A DNA stretch of 64,000 nt from Tubiluchus corallicola (GCA_030141605.1 JAQGDQ010000150.1:418627-482626); one strand, 5' to 3'. Positions 1 through 15,000 are shown, numbered from the stretch's first letter. Translations and numbers: made by a program. The notes: a model not told the origin generated them from the sequence alone.

Positions 1-1
1 T

Positions 2-3000
2 GATCTGAAACTCGATGTTCTGGAACAGGAGCTTCGTTTACCTTTTTCATTTATCAGTGGACATATCCATGAACTCAGAATACATGTGCCATGGACAAAA
101 TTAGGATCAGAATCGGTTATAGTTTCTATCAATACTATTGAATGTATTTTGAAGCTGGCTAGTCCTGATAATGAAAAAGTCCCTTCAGCTGACTTTCAAA
201 AGTCTGAATCACAGTCATCTCTTAGTGACTACAAAAAGAAGCATCAGCAAAAAGATTCTCAGGACATACCTCCTGGTTACATACAGACTGTGGTGAACAG
301 GATAATGAACAATGTCAGCATTGTTGTTACAAATTTAATCTTGAAGTATGTAGAAGATGATATTGTTCTCTCAGTGAATGTGAAATCAGCTGACTGCCAT
401 ACAGTAAATGCAAATTGGGAAAGAAGCTTTGCTGATGTTACAGCAGATGACTTGTGTTTGCATCGAGTTATTGAACTATCCGACATGACTATGTGCCTTG
501 ATAAACGAAGTTCTAGTGGCAAAATAGAAATTTATCAAGATCCACTTGTGTACAAGTGTTTATTAACTTGTAGAATTCAGTTGAGATATGACAACGAGTA
601 TGCGAAATTTCCATCACAAACAACAGTAAACTTGTTTTGCCAAAATTTAGAAGTTTCTCTTACAGACCAACAGTTGCCAATGTGGATAAGGCTTATTAAT
701 CTTGTTGTAACTATGTATTATGGACAGCTTCCAGTACAAATCTACAAGCAGAAGATACAACAGCAACTGGCAGAAACAGCTCATTTAAAGCCTTTGCATA
801 TGCTAGGTAAAACCTCCATTTCTGTTAATATTTTTATAAGCAGCTTTAGTTTTGCGCTGTGTAACAAACTTATCACACTGTGTTTAATTCTAGCTAGTTG
901 TAATTAATTTCATTTTTATACCATAGAGCTAGAAGAGCAACTTACCACAGAAGACCAAGGTTGGATTAATTGGGCCTGGTCCTATGTTCCATCTATATTA
1001 CCTGAAGGAGAAGATGAGGAAGCAAGTAGTGAACCTGAAATGAGGAAATTTACACCAGCAACTTTCCAGTTTGGTGCATACGTAGCTAGAACTGTGATCA
1101 CGTTTAAAGTTAGTAACTACTGTTTTAAAGTAGATTAATAAACTGGATACGATTACAAAACTTTACAACTTGAATAGAATTTTAGCAAATGTACGTAATA
1201 TGCTTTTGTGTATTGTACTGATTTGTTTAGCCACAGTTTGCTTCTTGTCATTCATAAATAATCTTTTTCAGCTTACTGAAATATCTCAAGCTTTTGGGGC
1301 AAGTAAACTGATCTTTTATCCCTTCATCAAAGCAGAGCTTGAATGCGGAGCTTTAGAGATTATGATAAAAGGCCTAGAATTTTCAAACGTGCAAATTGGA
1401 ATAACCAGTGGAAAAGTCTCATCACTGGGTGAATGCTTATGTGGCAATAAAGACTTTGTTAACGTTGAAACTCCCGCTTTAGATCCGTGTTTTTTTGTCA
1501 TCGGTCCTACTTCTAGCACAGCTTCTCAGTATTTATCAAGGTCACTGTTTCTCAATGGAGAGCAAAGTAGGGAAACCAGTCTTGATGTTTCTTTGTCGTT
1601 GCAAGAACATCTGCAGAAGTTTGATGAAACTACTGCTGTGGAGAAATATGGTGCTTTTTGGCTAGATTATGTTTATACACTTCAGCTGCCAGATGATGAC
1701 GAAGAGATTGATATTAACGATCTTGAACATAGTAATTTGCAAGAGGAGGCTAACTTGAGAGTAGTGTTTAGTAACTTTTTAGCAACTGTTTCTAGTAACT
1801 CTCATCATCGTGTTCAGCGATTTATCCATGCGGCAAATGATCATGATTATTTACCTTATCACATGCAAGAATCAGGTATGTTTTCTCCATTATTAAGTGC
1901 CTACCAATAAATTATAATCGAAAACATTTTTCTTTCTTCCTAACTGTTACTTTTAATTCTAAGAAATAGTCTGTTATATTTATGTGCACCTCAGTAGTAT
2001 GATAATTAGTACAGAAGTCTAGATTTAATTTCCCAGTTTAGACATTCACATTTTTTTTAATAATTGTACTATATTTCTAGTCATTGATTATCTACATGTT
2101 TATTTATTCAGATCAAGTGCTAGTTAAAAGAAAACAAGTACCTTCAACAGAAGTCAAAAAGTTAGAAGAATTTGTGCCAAATCGAACTCAGTCTCTTGTA
2201 TTACTTAATCCAAAGATAAATTTTCTGCCTTGTGATCACCAGACCTGTGATATATCTTTGAAGCTAAACAGACAGAAGAAAAGATCCAGGAAGAGTGCTT
2301 CATCTGAGCAGAAAGTATCGATGCATACTATTCCACTTCTGTCAGTAACTGCTGCAAAATTTAGTGTGGAAAGATGTAGTGCCATGTATCCAACACGGGT
2401 AGCACAAGTGGCAAGTAGCACAGAAAAGTCTTGTTCCTCTTTGTTACACCATGCTTATGTTCATACACAATACAATGTTTTTGAAGCCAGTGTTTCACTT
2501 TCCCAAATTAAAGGACAGACAATATCTGAACTCTCCGTTGTCATCATGCCTAGGTGGGACAGTGCATTTTATACCAAGAATTTAGCACTGCCGGTTTACT
2601 GGCAGACTCAAGAACCCCCATTATATGAATGTCAGCTGGAATTACCACATGTTGAGCTATTTCTTTCTCCACCGCAGGCTTTTCTCTTATCCAGATTGCT
2701 GCGTAGCTGGACCGGAGGACCAAATGATGTCAACATTTGGACAGAAGATTCATTGCTTGCAGATGCACTATGTACTCAAGGCACGTCTTATAATTTATAA
2801 GTTCTTCTAAATTTGCGAATGATAATGATACCATTTACATATATGTAGCTGTGAATTTAATGTGTTCAAAATAATGATTTTATTTTTTGTTTCACATAAT
2901 TACTTGAGGAAATTAGGAATTTGCTAAAAAATAAAATGAATGATTTCAGCATTTTATCTTAACATTTGTGTGCTTGTTGTCTGGCTTGGAAAAGGCCACT

Positions 3001-6000
3001 ACATTTGTTTACTTCTGCAATGCTTTTTGTGATTGTAGATTTCACTCGAATTAATCCCCTTATTGAGTGTTCTGTCCTGGATGTAAAATGTAAACTAGTT
3101 TGTACTAAAGAGTTGTTTGCTGGAAAAATTCAAATTAAGATGTTTCGCATTGGTCTTGAATTTAAAGGTAAGTAACTTTACCGGATTTTTTCACGTTCTT
3201 TAAAAATTTGTCACCAAGCACTAACAATACAGTAGGTCCTCCCTTTAAACGTACACAATTTTATGATTATTTGTTTTACCATAGTCAGATTTTTCTTAAT
3301 GACGGATATTTACTTGAGCAACAAAGTTTTAGCCATTCAAAACACTAAACCTCTCTGTGTTGTAGACGATTCTAAAAAAAGCTTCTAGGTATGGAAATCT
3401 ACTGTTTTGAATAGCTGTCTTTGATGATTGAATTTCAGTGCTCACATTTGTCTATCTATTTATTAATAGATGCTAATGATAATAACTGCATGTTAACTGC
3501 TTGTGTTTAAAAAATTCCCCTTCTGTTTATGTGTACGAGCCACCATTACAAATACAGTGTACAATAAAATGTATTTTTTCGATAGTGCATTTAATAAATG
3601 TTAGTGTAATCAATGTAAAACCTGTGAAAATCTTGAATCATAATTATTCAGTTTTTGTTGTTCGGTCTTATGCATTTACACGGGAGATATGGCTTTATTT
3701 TTTATTATAGTAGCTTTATCTAGCCACATTCCATTTAGTAATATATTAATGCTGTTAAGCGAGGACTGTGCAATGCATTAATTTGTTTCTTATGTTTTAG
3801 TTCTTAGTAGTAAAATGTTAAACTTATCGATGCTTTCATTAGTTAAGTTATATTTAGTTTAGATTATTTAAGAAAAACAAAATTTTAAACTTCATTTGCA
3901 GATAATGGCAAGGATTGTCTGTTGCCAGTATTGCATGGTCCAGCTAAAACTGAAGATCTTCGTTGTGCAGACTCTCTAGTAGCTGAAAATGAGGATTCAT
4001 ATTCTGCCATAGATGAATATTGTCTATCAAGTCTAATACAGTTTCCAAGTGTGGAAAACAGGGAAAGTGAGTTTGGGCACAGATTGTATGAATGATTAGA
4101 CGCTGTAACACCTCATTTGCTTGTGCTTGATACCAAATTGAAAATTCATAATCTTTTCAGTGAAGTGTACTTGGTCATGATTTATGGTAAAAATGTGTGA
4201 TACATTCGTAGTTCATAGTTATTAACAGGCATTAAAATGAAAAAAATGTATTCTCACAGTTTTTTAGTTTGTATCTTTTTTGCAGTTTCTGGTTTATGTA
4301 ATTTAAAGCTGCTAGGAGTGATTTATTGTCTTGATCCAACTCTGTTGACGTGTTGTTCATATCGGCCTCACCCGATTACACCCTGCAATGAAACTGGAAA
4401 ACAAGTTCATCTTAGGATTTTCAAAGAAGAGAAGGCAACTGCAGACAAAAGTGACACAAATAGAACTGCTGGTACTATGTTTTTGACATTATTTAATTAT
4501 TATTGTCTTATTTCTTGCTCCATTATATGGCGTGGAAGGACGAAAGATTTCAGCATGAAATCGTGTATTGAATTGGATTGGTTTTTTTAGAAAATGTATC
4601 TTAGCAAGCTCACTGATATAATTACAGAGTGAACAAAGTGTGCAAAGTATTTTGAACTATTACATGGTTAGCTTATTTGATTTATCTGAAAAAACCTAAA
4701 AGTTTGTGCATTTGTGCTAGTGTATGTAAGCATATGTAGCATATGTAAGCCTAAAAATATATTCTTTACTATACGTATATGATATGCTGCTTGTTTGTTA
4801 TAGCTGTATTTACTGTAATGATGCTTTGTAATACATTAGTAAGTTAAAAAATTGAATTGGGTATTTTTTCAAGGTTCTTGTCTTTCAAATTCTATGATGT
4901 TAAGTAAGACAACACCAACTCCGACTAAAACAACAACTGGCCCTCTCACTGTCGACAACTCAACTCCAGTTAGTCATGGGAGATGGTTTCGTGAAAAACT
5001 TTTCACTTGTTATCCTTTATTGAAAAGTCTTGTTGTACAGGTATGTGATTTATACATTCTAAGAACTACCAAATGCTATACTTGCAATCTGTGCTTTGTA
5101 ACTAAATTAAATTCAATATTTAGTGTAAGCAAAGTTATTGTTGCATCATACCTTAAATCTGCCAAGTTTATTAGTTTCTTATGTTTTCCAGGGCTTAAAT
5201 TAATGTTTTCTTGGAGCCTGAACTTATATGCTGAGTATGATCTTATTAGTGATGTAAAGTAGTACTCTTCATTTAGGTTGATATTCTGCCATGCGTGTGT
5301 TTCATTCCCTCTGCTCCAATGCCGGCTTTGCTAAAGCCAAGAAATCACCTGACCGATGAATTACGGCTACTTTATCAGTCTGGCATGTTGCCTAGTACAG
5401 TTGTTTTAGTTTTTCCACATTTGCTGGCTAAGAGCAGTGGCAGTACAGGTTTTTCCAATGATTTTCCTGTTCCAGCTAAAGAAAGTTCTGGTGAGTCAGT
5501 AAGAATAGCTTTACCTTTGCCTGCTTTTCATATCTTTGCTTTTACTTTGTATTAGTTTCAATGATTTCAGATATTTTTCCTGCAAACATACTTTATAAAT
5601 TTGTGATTCACTGAAGTTATTGTTTTTAAATTTCTTTATTGTTTCCAAAATCTCATCAGTGTACTTTATGGGTTATTTTTTACAAGAAAGCATTGCATGC
5701 ATTTTTGTCTGATCATTTTGTAGTAAATAGCTTATTTTATTGCTTTTGTTTTAAGAAAAGAATACAACATTCCTAGAAAATAGATTATTGTTTTGGTATG
5801 TTTAAAACATAGGTGATAATCTCCCATGGAAGATCAATTTATCAGGATTTAACATTTACACACTTCATAAGCACCACAAGCCACAGTATGTTATGGAACC
5901 TTTTGACCTTACATCTACTCTAGCTATTGCTGTGAAACATCACAGTGGTGAAAAACAGTCTATCAAATCACTTGGTTTAGTCGTGCACAATGATGCAAAG

Positions 6001-9000
6001 ATCTGCAGTTTTGCTCTGTCCCTTAAACAGGTACATAGTTCTTGTTTTTGTAAGTAACTATCATCTTGTTAGTTAGTAAGAGTGAATATTATTCGTTTAG
6101 CTTTCTGATTATAAAGAAGAGACCAGAGGCAAAGTTAATATTTTTAATTACAGTTTAACACTACTGCATTGTAATAAGTGCGATATGCTAGACAGATTTT
6201 TTTAGCATTTTGGAAAAATATGATCTAATTAATCTCCATCACACAATATAAGACTTTTTTGTAGGTTGACTTAATTTGCAAGGTAGCAGAACAAGCTCAT
6301 CAATTCTTCTTACATATAATGGAAAACAGGAATGAATCTAGTGTCCTGTCATTATCACTTCCTATTGTTATACCAACTAGTGCAACATCAGTCAGTCAGC
6401 CGGGTAGCCACTTCACTGAGGCAAACATCGAGTAAGTGTGTGTGTGCGTGTGCGGGTGTGGGTGTGCGTGTGGGTGCGCACGGACGTGTGTGTGTGTGTG
6501 TGTCACTTGCGTGCCTATGGTAAAATTTTAAAAATTGCAAACAATTTCGAAAAGGTTTGACTTTCACACTTGTTGAACTTAAAATAAAGAGAATCCAGAA
6601 ACCTCTGATAAATCTGTGGAATTGTGTGATTGAAGTAAATTCTCATGATGCAACACATTTATTTGCGAAGACAAATTATGACAATTATGGTGAAAGGAAC
6701 TGATGATTCTGTACAGGTTAGCCAGTAAAAACAAAATAATGCAGACTAAGTGCTTATTTTCATGTATGGCTTTTTTCATGTATAAAGAGATTTCTCTTTA
6801 AAAAAATTTATATCCTTAATGCTGCACTTTATTTGCAACTTTTTATTAATTAGAGCACAAAATACTGAAGTGAGCGTAGAAAAGCATAAACAAATGTCGT
6901 CATCATTGTGGATGCAGTGGACTGTTGGTCGGCTTTCAATTTCTTGCTATGGGAGACTACCCAGCAAGAAAGGTACCAAATTACAAGTGAAGTGACATCT
7001 CTTTTCGCTTGTCATGGCATTTTTTACATAAATTTTTACTAAAATAACACATTAATAAATTCACTTACAGAATGATATTTAATTTTTACCAATAGAATTT
7101 AGTAGCTTTATCCTTCTTTTTATATTTTTCATACAGCTTTTTGTGTGCAAATGCTCTTGGATGATATTGTGTCATCAGTTGATCTTCAGGAAGTTTATCA
7201 GAAAGCTAAATTGAAAGTGACAATGATGGATATTACCCATTATGAAAAAAGGTGAAGAAATCATCTGAGTTGATATGAACCATTCATTTTTAGATGCAAG
7301 CAAGTATTGTGTGCATTGATTAGTTAACTTGTTTCTGAATGTAATTCAGGAGATTTTCATAGCTTTTGTGATGATGTTGATTGCATGCTTACTGTGTTTC
7401 ACTTGGAAGTCGTTAAAATGAGTTTTTGGGCTGTGGCATATTAAAGCTTAGAACAAGAAAACTTTGTAATCTTTTATTATGTAAACTTTGGGAAAGATGC
7501 TTTACCCTCTTCGGTTATGTGGGTTGTTGTGAAGTGCTTTATAGAAATAATGGAAGATTATTCCTCAGTTGTGTTTTTCTGATATGTAGGTCTAAGGAGC
7601 TTATACTAATCTAAACAATATCATTTTAAGTATTTTCTTGCAGTTTTCACTACTATACATTTTTTATTATTTTTCTTGCAGTGATGTTGGGCAGTGGGTA
7701 ACAGGCCCATTTCAGGGGGTCGTGTTTACCTGTACTGAGAAACTAGCTCATAACACACAAATATTAAATTTAAAAGCAGGCTCGGTTGAGGTGAGTCTTA
7801 ATAGAAAAATCAACTTGCCAATAGTAGACAACTGTAAATTTTTATTAAAGTCATGCAAAAATTTTATAATTAATCACTTTAATTGCAGTAATTCATGTAG
7901 TATTTATGTTGCCGTATAACTATTTTCCTCTTTTATATTTGTGTTTTCTTAAATTATATATGTTTATCACCTAACGGTAGTTACCTGTTTTTCAGGCTTC
8001 TTCATACTTTCCGATGTTTCCGCCACATGTGCCCTACAGATCTCATGGTTTCTTGTCGATGATATTTACTAGAGCGCAGAACAAAAACATTCAAAAACGG
8101 TGGTGGGCTGACAAAACTGACAGCAGTGATAATTGTCCTGCACCTGCTGCCTTACGTTATGTGAATGAAATAGATGTCACTTTGCAGCCATTTGATTTTG
8201 TTGTTTACATGCCAGTTATTACTAGAACTGCAGAAATTATGAACAATGTAATGCGACTTGCACATTTCTCTATGAAAGCAAAGAATGATGACACTGGAAG
8301 ATCACAAATGTTGTCCTCAGGATTATACTTTACCACAGATAGTCTACCATTAGTTTACTTTAAAACCAATTCCATGAGAATCATTGTACCAGAACTGAAA
8401 GAAAATCTTAAACTACCTATGGAAGAATCTCACAAAACACATTTGAACAAGACCGTGTTGACAAAAGAGTCCTTACCATCACAGGATGTTACACAAGTTG
8501 ATGATAGTAACAACACTAAACATAATGCAGACTTTCAAAATGTTAATTGCAGTTTACATAATGCAGTTGCTCTTAATTGCAGTGCAGACATGCTTGTTTT
8601 ACAATTAGACGGATTTTCTTTAGCTCCCCAAGCAGATAATCCCCTCCCAAGACTGACGGTACACAAAGATTTGTTCCTTAAGGCTGTAAAAGCTCACATG
8701 ACTCAGATACCTGGATCTGACATAGAGGATAGGCAATATCAACTAGATTTATGTGGCTTATGCATTAGCACAGGTGTGTTGTAATTATTATAAAATATTT
8801 ATTTATATTTGCATCACACTAGTGTTAATCGTGTTCGTGTTAATTAGTGTTAATCACAGCCATGTTAATTATCTTGTTTTCATTTTAGGAAAATGGGACT
8901 CGATAGTATTAAGAGGTCTGAACAGGGATAATGATGAAACAAGTAGCAAAGGTCAGAATCCTGCTATGGAGTGGAACTATGGAATGTTACAAAAGGAGTA

Positions 9001-12000
9001 TGTTTGTAATTGTTCGTTATTAGCTTATGTATAGCTATTGTATCATTAATGTTTTTTACATCGTATAAATTTAATATTCCAGATATTGTCCATGAATTCT
9101 GAATTTTTCTTTGATATGTTTGCAAGATAATTGATCTGTGAGTAGTAACATGTAGGCCTTTTCCAATTGCTGAATTGCTACAATTCACAGTGACCATGAG
9201 TTGCTAATACTTTTATAGGCATAAATAATATAAAGATAGTCATTGGTTTAGTTATTGACTTCAATGCTAAGTACTATGTTCCAACACACATTCTGGTATT
9301 CTGTTGTGCTGTGGTTTTCTATTGTTTTTCATTCTGATTTTTTTCAGTGAGGACTATATTCCAGAAAGTATTAAGTTTGTTCCTCTGGCTTCGAAATTTG
9401 ATGTAAAACTGGTTGTAGCACCTGCTGTTGTTCACAAGTCTGTGGTTATTCAAGGAATTGCCCCAAGTGCTGTACGTATCTGTTGTTTTTCGCTCTTAAA
9501 ATGCTAGACATGGCACAATTGTTGACGTCAATGTCAAGTTTAAGGGTAACCACAATCACTAATTTTGTTATTTTGCCATTCTCTATAATTATATTTCATT
9601 TTCAGCCAATTCTGGTCTGTGGACATTCAATTGAAATTAATGTAACCAGCGACATCGATTTTTTTATCAATGTGCATCAACTTGCTCTCATGCACTCCGT
9701 CTTTTCTACAAATATTTCTCAGTTTGTGCAAACTGCTGAAACACGAGAAGTACATAGGAGGACTGTCACTAGCCAGGTCTTAGGAAGAGACACTAGATGT
9801 GTGTCTGCAATCAATGACAGTGGTATTGAAAGTGAAGTTTCTGTCCAGAGGGATGTACAGAGTCAAGAATATTCTCTGTTGACTGATATTAATTCAAGCC
9901 TTCAACAAGCTGTTACTGATGACACCGCAGTTAAGTTCTTGTCAACACCAGAGAATGACCACTTTATTCCATTTGACGTTTTGTTAACAGCAAGTCGTGT
10001 GTCACTGGCTTTGTACATTATCTCTGAGCCTGACAGATATCACATTTCATCTGAAGTCCAAGAAGTTTTGTCAAATAAAAGAAAAAGTAAAAAAGATAGT
10101 GTGCCAGAGAAGCCTTGCTTTATTTCATGTCCAGTTGATGAAACACCTGTTTTAATCAGCACTGATAGTCTGGTTGCTAAAGATAGCAGACTACGATATT
10201 CTTCGGGAGACAAAATGACAGATAGGCACAGTTCAATTTCAACTGCTTCTTTATTACCAGAAGACATGATGCCAATGCCTCACAATGAACATTTAGCTGG
10301 CCCACAGGTTCCCATGATAACACCCTTGCTAGGTTGGGCAAAATTGGACCATAGCGCTCATGATAACCTGTTACCGGTTATAAGTGATGAACTGGATGAA
10401 CACAATCAAACTGGAATGCTCAGTCCAATAAAGTCTGCAGAATCATTTATGACAGCTGAAGAAAGTCCCGTCGTAAATTGCGTTATCATTCCAATTTTGT
10501 ACGCAGTTCTTTCACAACCGCACACCTATATTCAATGCAAACCTACCAAACAAAAGATAGAGGCCTCTTGCTATAATGTGATATTAAGAGGAGGAGAAGA
10601 GATTCTTTTCTTAGATGGTAAGAACTCCTGTATAACAAAATTTTTCAATCATTTACTTTACAAATTTGTTTGTTATGAAATTATAATTAATAACTGCCAA
10701 TTCATTTTCTTATTTTGAAACTTTTTAATTTTCTGTATTTTAGAAAATAGTGAAAAGATTGTAGCGGCACCTTCAGACTATACTTTTCATTGGTTAGAAA
10801 CAAGGCAAGGCAAAGCTAATCCAAAAACTGGTCTGATTCCACCATTTTACACTTTGACTATCTACAACTTTCTGACTGAAGATGGTTTGTGCATTTTAAC
10901 TAGTATTTTAAAATAGAAAATTGATTTATTGTCTTATTCAATGTTTATTAAATTTACCACATGGCTTTAGAAATAGTTTTCCTGTTTTGTATTGTGAGCT
11001 GTAACTTTGAGACTACGCTTTTGGTAAGACCTGTTACGTTCGTAAAGTATTTTTGTAAAAAAATGCTTAAAACAAAAATTATATTTTGCAGTTTTACTCA
11101 GCAACTCTATTACTGCTTTTTTGTCTCAGGCTTTTTGCACTTTTGTACCCTTTTGCCTTTCTCTTTGCTGTTCCTGTAATTTATCATTTGCCTTTTTTGT
11201 TACAGCTAGTGTTTCAGTGAAAGTTGAAAGACCTGCAAGAATAAATGTAGGATTCGAAAATATAACACGGCTTATGGAACACTGGCACAAAATACAGAAT
11301 ATACCTCATGTGCCTTTTTATATGGGTGACTTTGACTTTTTTTTATCTTGAGTTGTGATACAAAGAAAGGCTAGTTTTAACTTTGAGGAAAATTATTGTA
11401 CATATTTAATTTACACGTTATGTTTGAGCGTGCTTTTTCCAAGGAAGCAATATTGCACACAGACACATAATTTGAAGTATTCAGCAGTGTGAGCAGCTTA
11501 TCGAGAAACTAAGGGTGTTCATATTTGTGGATTTTATTATTTTGCTTTTCAATGTTTCTTACGTAATTATTTATTGAAGCTGGATTTTTTTTCACCTGTG
11601 CAAACCTTCAGCTCTTTTGTATGAAAAAAACATTTTCACACACAGTGTGTCATATAGTTGGTTAACGTGTGCCTTTTACTTGCAAATAAATAATCATATC
11701 GATTTGTTTTTTTACATTGTTCTGGTATGTAATTTTACAGGAAATAGCTGTACAACTGAAAATGAAGCCAGCTCCGAATATCTTAATAAAGTTCCATCAT
11801 TTCTATTAAACTTGAGCAGCATTCACATTTGCACTGCAGAACTAGTTGTGAGTCTAGAAACATTTCCTTGTCCTGAGCAGCCACAAATCGTTGCATCTTT
11901 GTTGAGTTGTGATGCAAAAGTGATGTTGAATTTATTCATAGAAAGTAAGTTTTTTGCAGTTTTAGACGGTTTGTCATTTTGTTTGTTTTTTTCTTGCTTA

Positions 12001-15000
12001 TTTGTCTGGTTTGTCTTGCTGTCTGTTCGTCTATTTATTTGCTCTCAAACTAATAGAGAATTTTTGCAATTTAGAAGTAGGTGAATAGAGTGAACATAGA
12101 GAAATTTTTTGCAATGTTTATTGCTGATTTTGATTTGTAGTTGTGTTTGGTTTGTTTGGATGTTTAAGTACTATAGTTCTATACGTAGTATTGCATACTC
12201 ACAGACTGTGCAATTTTTGTTTCATTTGATTTTTATTTTAGGTACGCCTGATGAAGCTGTTTTCTCCGTTGACTGTGATGGCTTACTGGTTAAATTGTGT
12301 TTCTGCAATACTTGGCATTATTTTCTGGGGCCACTTTCGTTTAGAGCAAGCATTGGAATAATTTGGGTGGGCGGACTCGTCAGCATTAAAGCTGTGCCAT
12401 TATTAACTGCAATCATCGAAAGCAATATTGTTACAGTGCGCTGTGGTCAAGAGCATTTGCATTGTTTTGATATGGTGAAGCAACACCTGGAAGAACTGTT
12501 CAAGGTATAAAGTGATTATCAGTATTTACTAATAACTATAACTACAGTGTGATAACTGTGTTAGATATATATTTTATAAGTTATAATGTTTATTTTTTTA
12601 AAGTCCTTATCCTTTAAGGCAAATGAAAAAGAATGTGAAATGTTTGCTTAGTTGTATCACTGTTAAACTACAATTATTATACATTTATAGAGCAACATTG
12701 ATGATAGAGTAAATCAGATTAAACTAGGCAAGCCTTCATCACGTCACCTGGATATAATTCAAGGCAGAGATGATTTGAGAGCAGGTTCATTCCGATATGT
12801 TCACGACACAGGTACTGTTTACTGTTTCCAAAGAAAAGTCAGACTGCATTTCTTATAGATCGAATTTAACCAATTGCTGTGTCGAGGTCAGGTAGTGGCA
12901 TGGCAATGGAATAAATGACTAAATCTTAGCCCACTTTCTAATGAGTGAAATAATAGTGATTAAAAATAAAATTCTCTAAAAATTTTGGGAAAACCTCAGA
13001 AAGCCAATATAGTGTAATTTGATTGTACTATTTGAACCCATTTCTTGGCTTTTTGTTTTAGCTGATACAGCTTTTATATTACTTATGCCATTTCAAAGAT
13101 GCTTTTAGACACTTTAGGTCTGTCGCAAATACGTGTAAAATTGAACAAATTCAGGAACAAGGATTATTCTTTGTTTACAATGACTATACAAGCCCCTATG
13201 AACGTTCTTTAGCATGTGTACCGTGTATGTAATGCACCTTTGGTGCTTGGCCAAAACAACACATAAAGTACTACACGGTAAAAGTACTTTAGTGTTCTTG
13301 TGATAAACAAGCAAGCACCAGATTTACAAGATTGAGAATTGTTGTATTGTTGTATTGCCCAAGTTTAAATGAAGATTTGGCAAAGAATCATTAAGATATA
13401 GAGCCTCTCAGATCTGGAATGATTTGTCCTTTCACTTATTCTAACAAAACAGCAAATTACAAACAGTTTTTAGCATTAATTAAAACTAGGGATTGCAAAT
13501 CGTGTGAATGTAAATACTGTGCTAACATGCACAGACATAGAACATAAATCGCTTTGAAATTAAAAAATGTTTTGTGTATGTCTTATATTAACTTAGCGAC
13601 TATTATTTAAATTACAGATTATACATGTCTATTGTAATTTTAGTATAATCTGGTTCTTATTTGTTATCTTGCAAATTTACTTTGATTTTGATTTAATTTT
13701 ATTTAAGAACTTAAAGCTAAATCAAAATTTTTAAATGCTGCTGTTGGGCATAGTTCTTGTTATTTATGTTTAAATTTTACATTAATTTAGGTCTTAAACT
13801 GAAATAATGTGAATTAAATACCGTGCTAAATGCAATTTTTAGTGCTTTTATTGTACATGGTTTTTACTGTTTATATATAATTTTTACATTAGGTTTTAGG
13901 CTTGATTAGTTTTAGGTTAAGTAATATATTATTATAGTATGGTTGATTCTAACAGCTCATGTTGTCTATGTAAATGATCTACTTTCAAGTATATTTTGAC
14001 TTATCTTATTTTATATTGTTTTATCTTATTTTAACTCATCTTACCTTATCTTATCTTATCTTATCTTATCTTATCTTATCTTATCTTATCTTATCTTATC
14101 TTATCATCTTACCTTTCCTTATTTTGTCTTATCTGATCCTATCCTATCATATCCTATTCTATCCTAGCCTATCCTATCCTATCCTGACCCATCCCATCCC
14201 ATCCCATCCTATCCTATCTTGTCTATCCTTATCTTATCTTATTTTATCTTATCTTACCTTGTCTTATCTTACCTTATCATAGAGTGTATTGAAATGGAAC
14301 CAAGACCTTGGGAAATTGTGCTTTGTCAGCATCGAGGTACTATGACTTGGTGTTATCCTGAACCTCGATCTTTGACACGAGTTACAATACATCCAGTTCC
14401 TTTTGCTTCTGCAGATGATGAAAAGCAGTCAGGATATGCATTGGTATTAAAACATTAAACAACTTTTGGTGTTGTATTTGGTTTGACTTGTCTATTTATT
14501 AATAATGTAATAAATCACATTTGAAAAAAATCACATTTCTTAAGCTTATTTAATGTTTATTACTTTTTTAACTAGATGTAGTATGACTTTGTTATAATAA
14601 CACACACTTGCATGAAGTGTAAATTTTAATGTTTTAAAGTAAATGAGAAATTGCTTATCGCTCGTACTTTGCAGTGCAAAAGTAAAATCATGGTCTTTGA
14701 AAATTACTGGAAGATTTTCTTTGTTAATTTTGCTTTAAAAATGAAAATGTGCAGCCTTACAAAAATCTGCTACAGCCATGTTCAATCATTAATACTATGT
14801 CTAACATTTTAGGTGTCTTGTGTGCTGCAATACTGGGACCCTCTGCGGAAAATATTTTTAGACTACAAAGACTTTACTCTATCAGAGAGTTCCTCCTGCA
14901 GCTTGAACATGCCTAATGATCATACGCAAAGAGCATCGTCAAATATGTGGCGAGTTGTTATTTTTAATAATGGTGGAAATCAAGACTTTGCGTAAGAGAG

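Noticed and set aside
6590-6724. Possible extra VPS13B exon between 6431 and 6854
   Set aside because: Longer versions contain stops, a 6671-6724 version needs weak splice sites, and the flanking exons already join in phase.
13974-14282. (LSYLI)n ORF resembling a membrane protein
   Set aside because: Translation of a pentanucleotide repeat.
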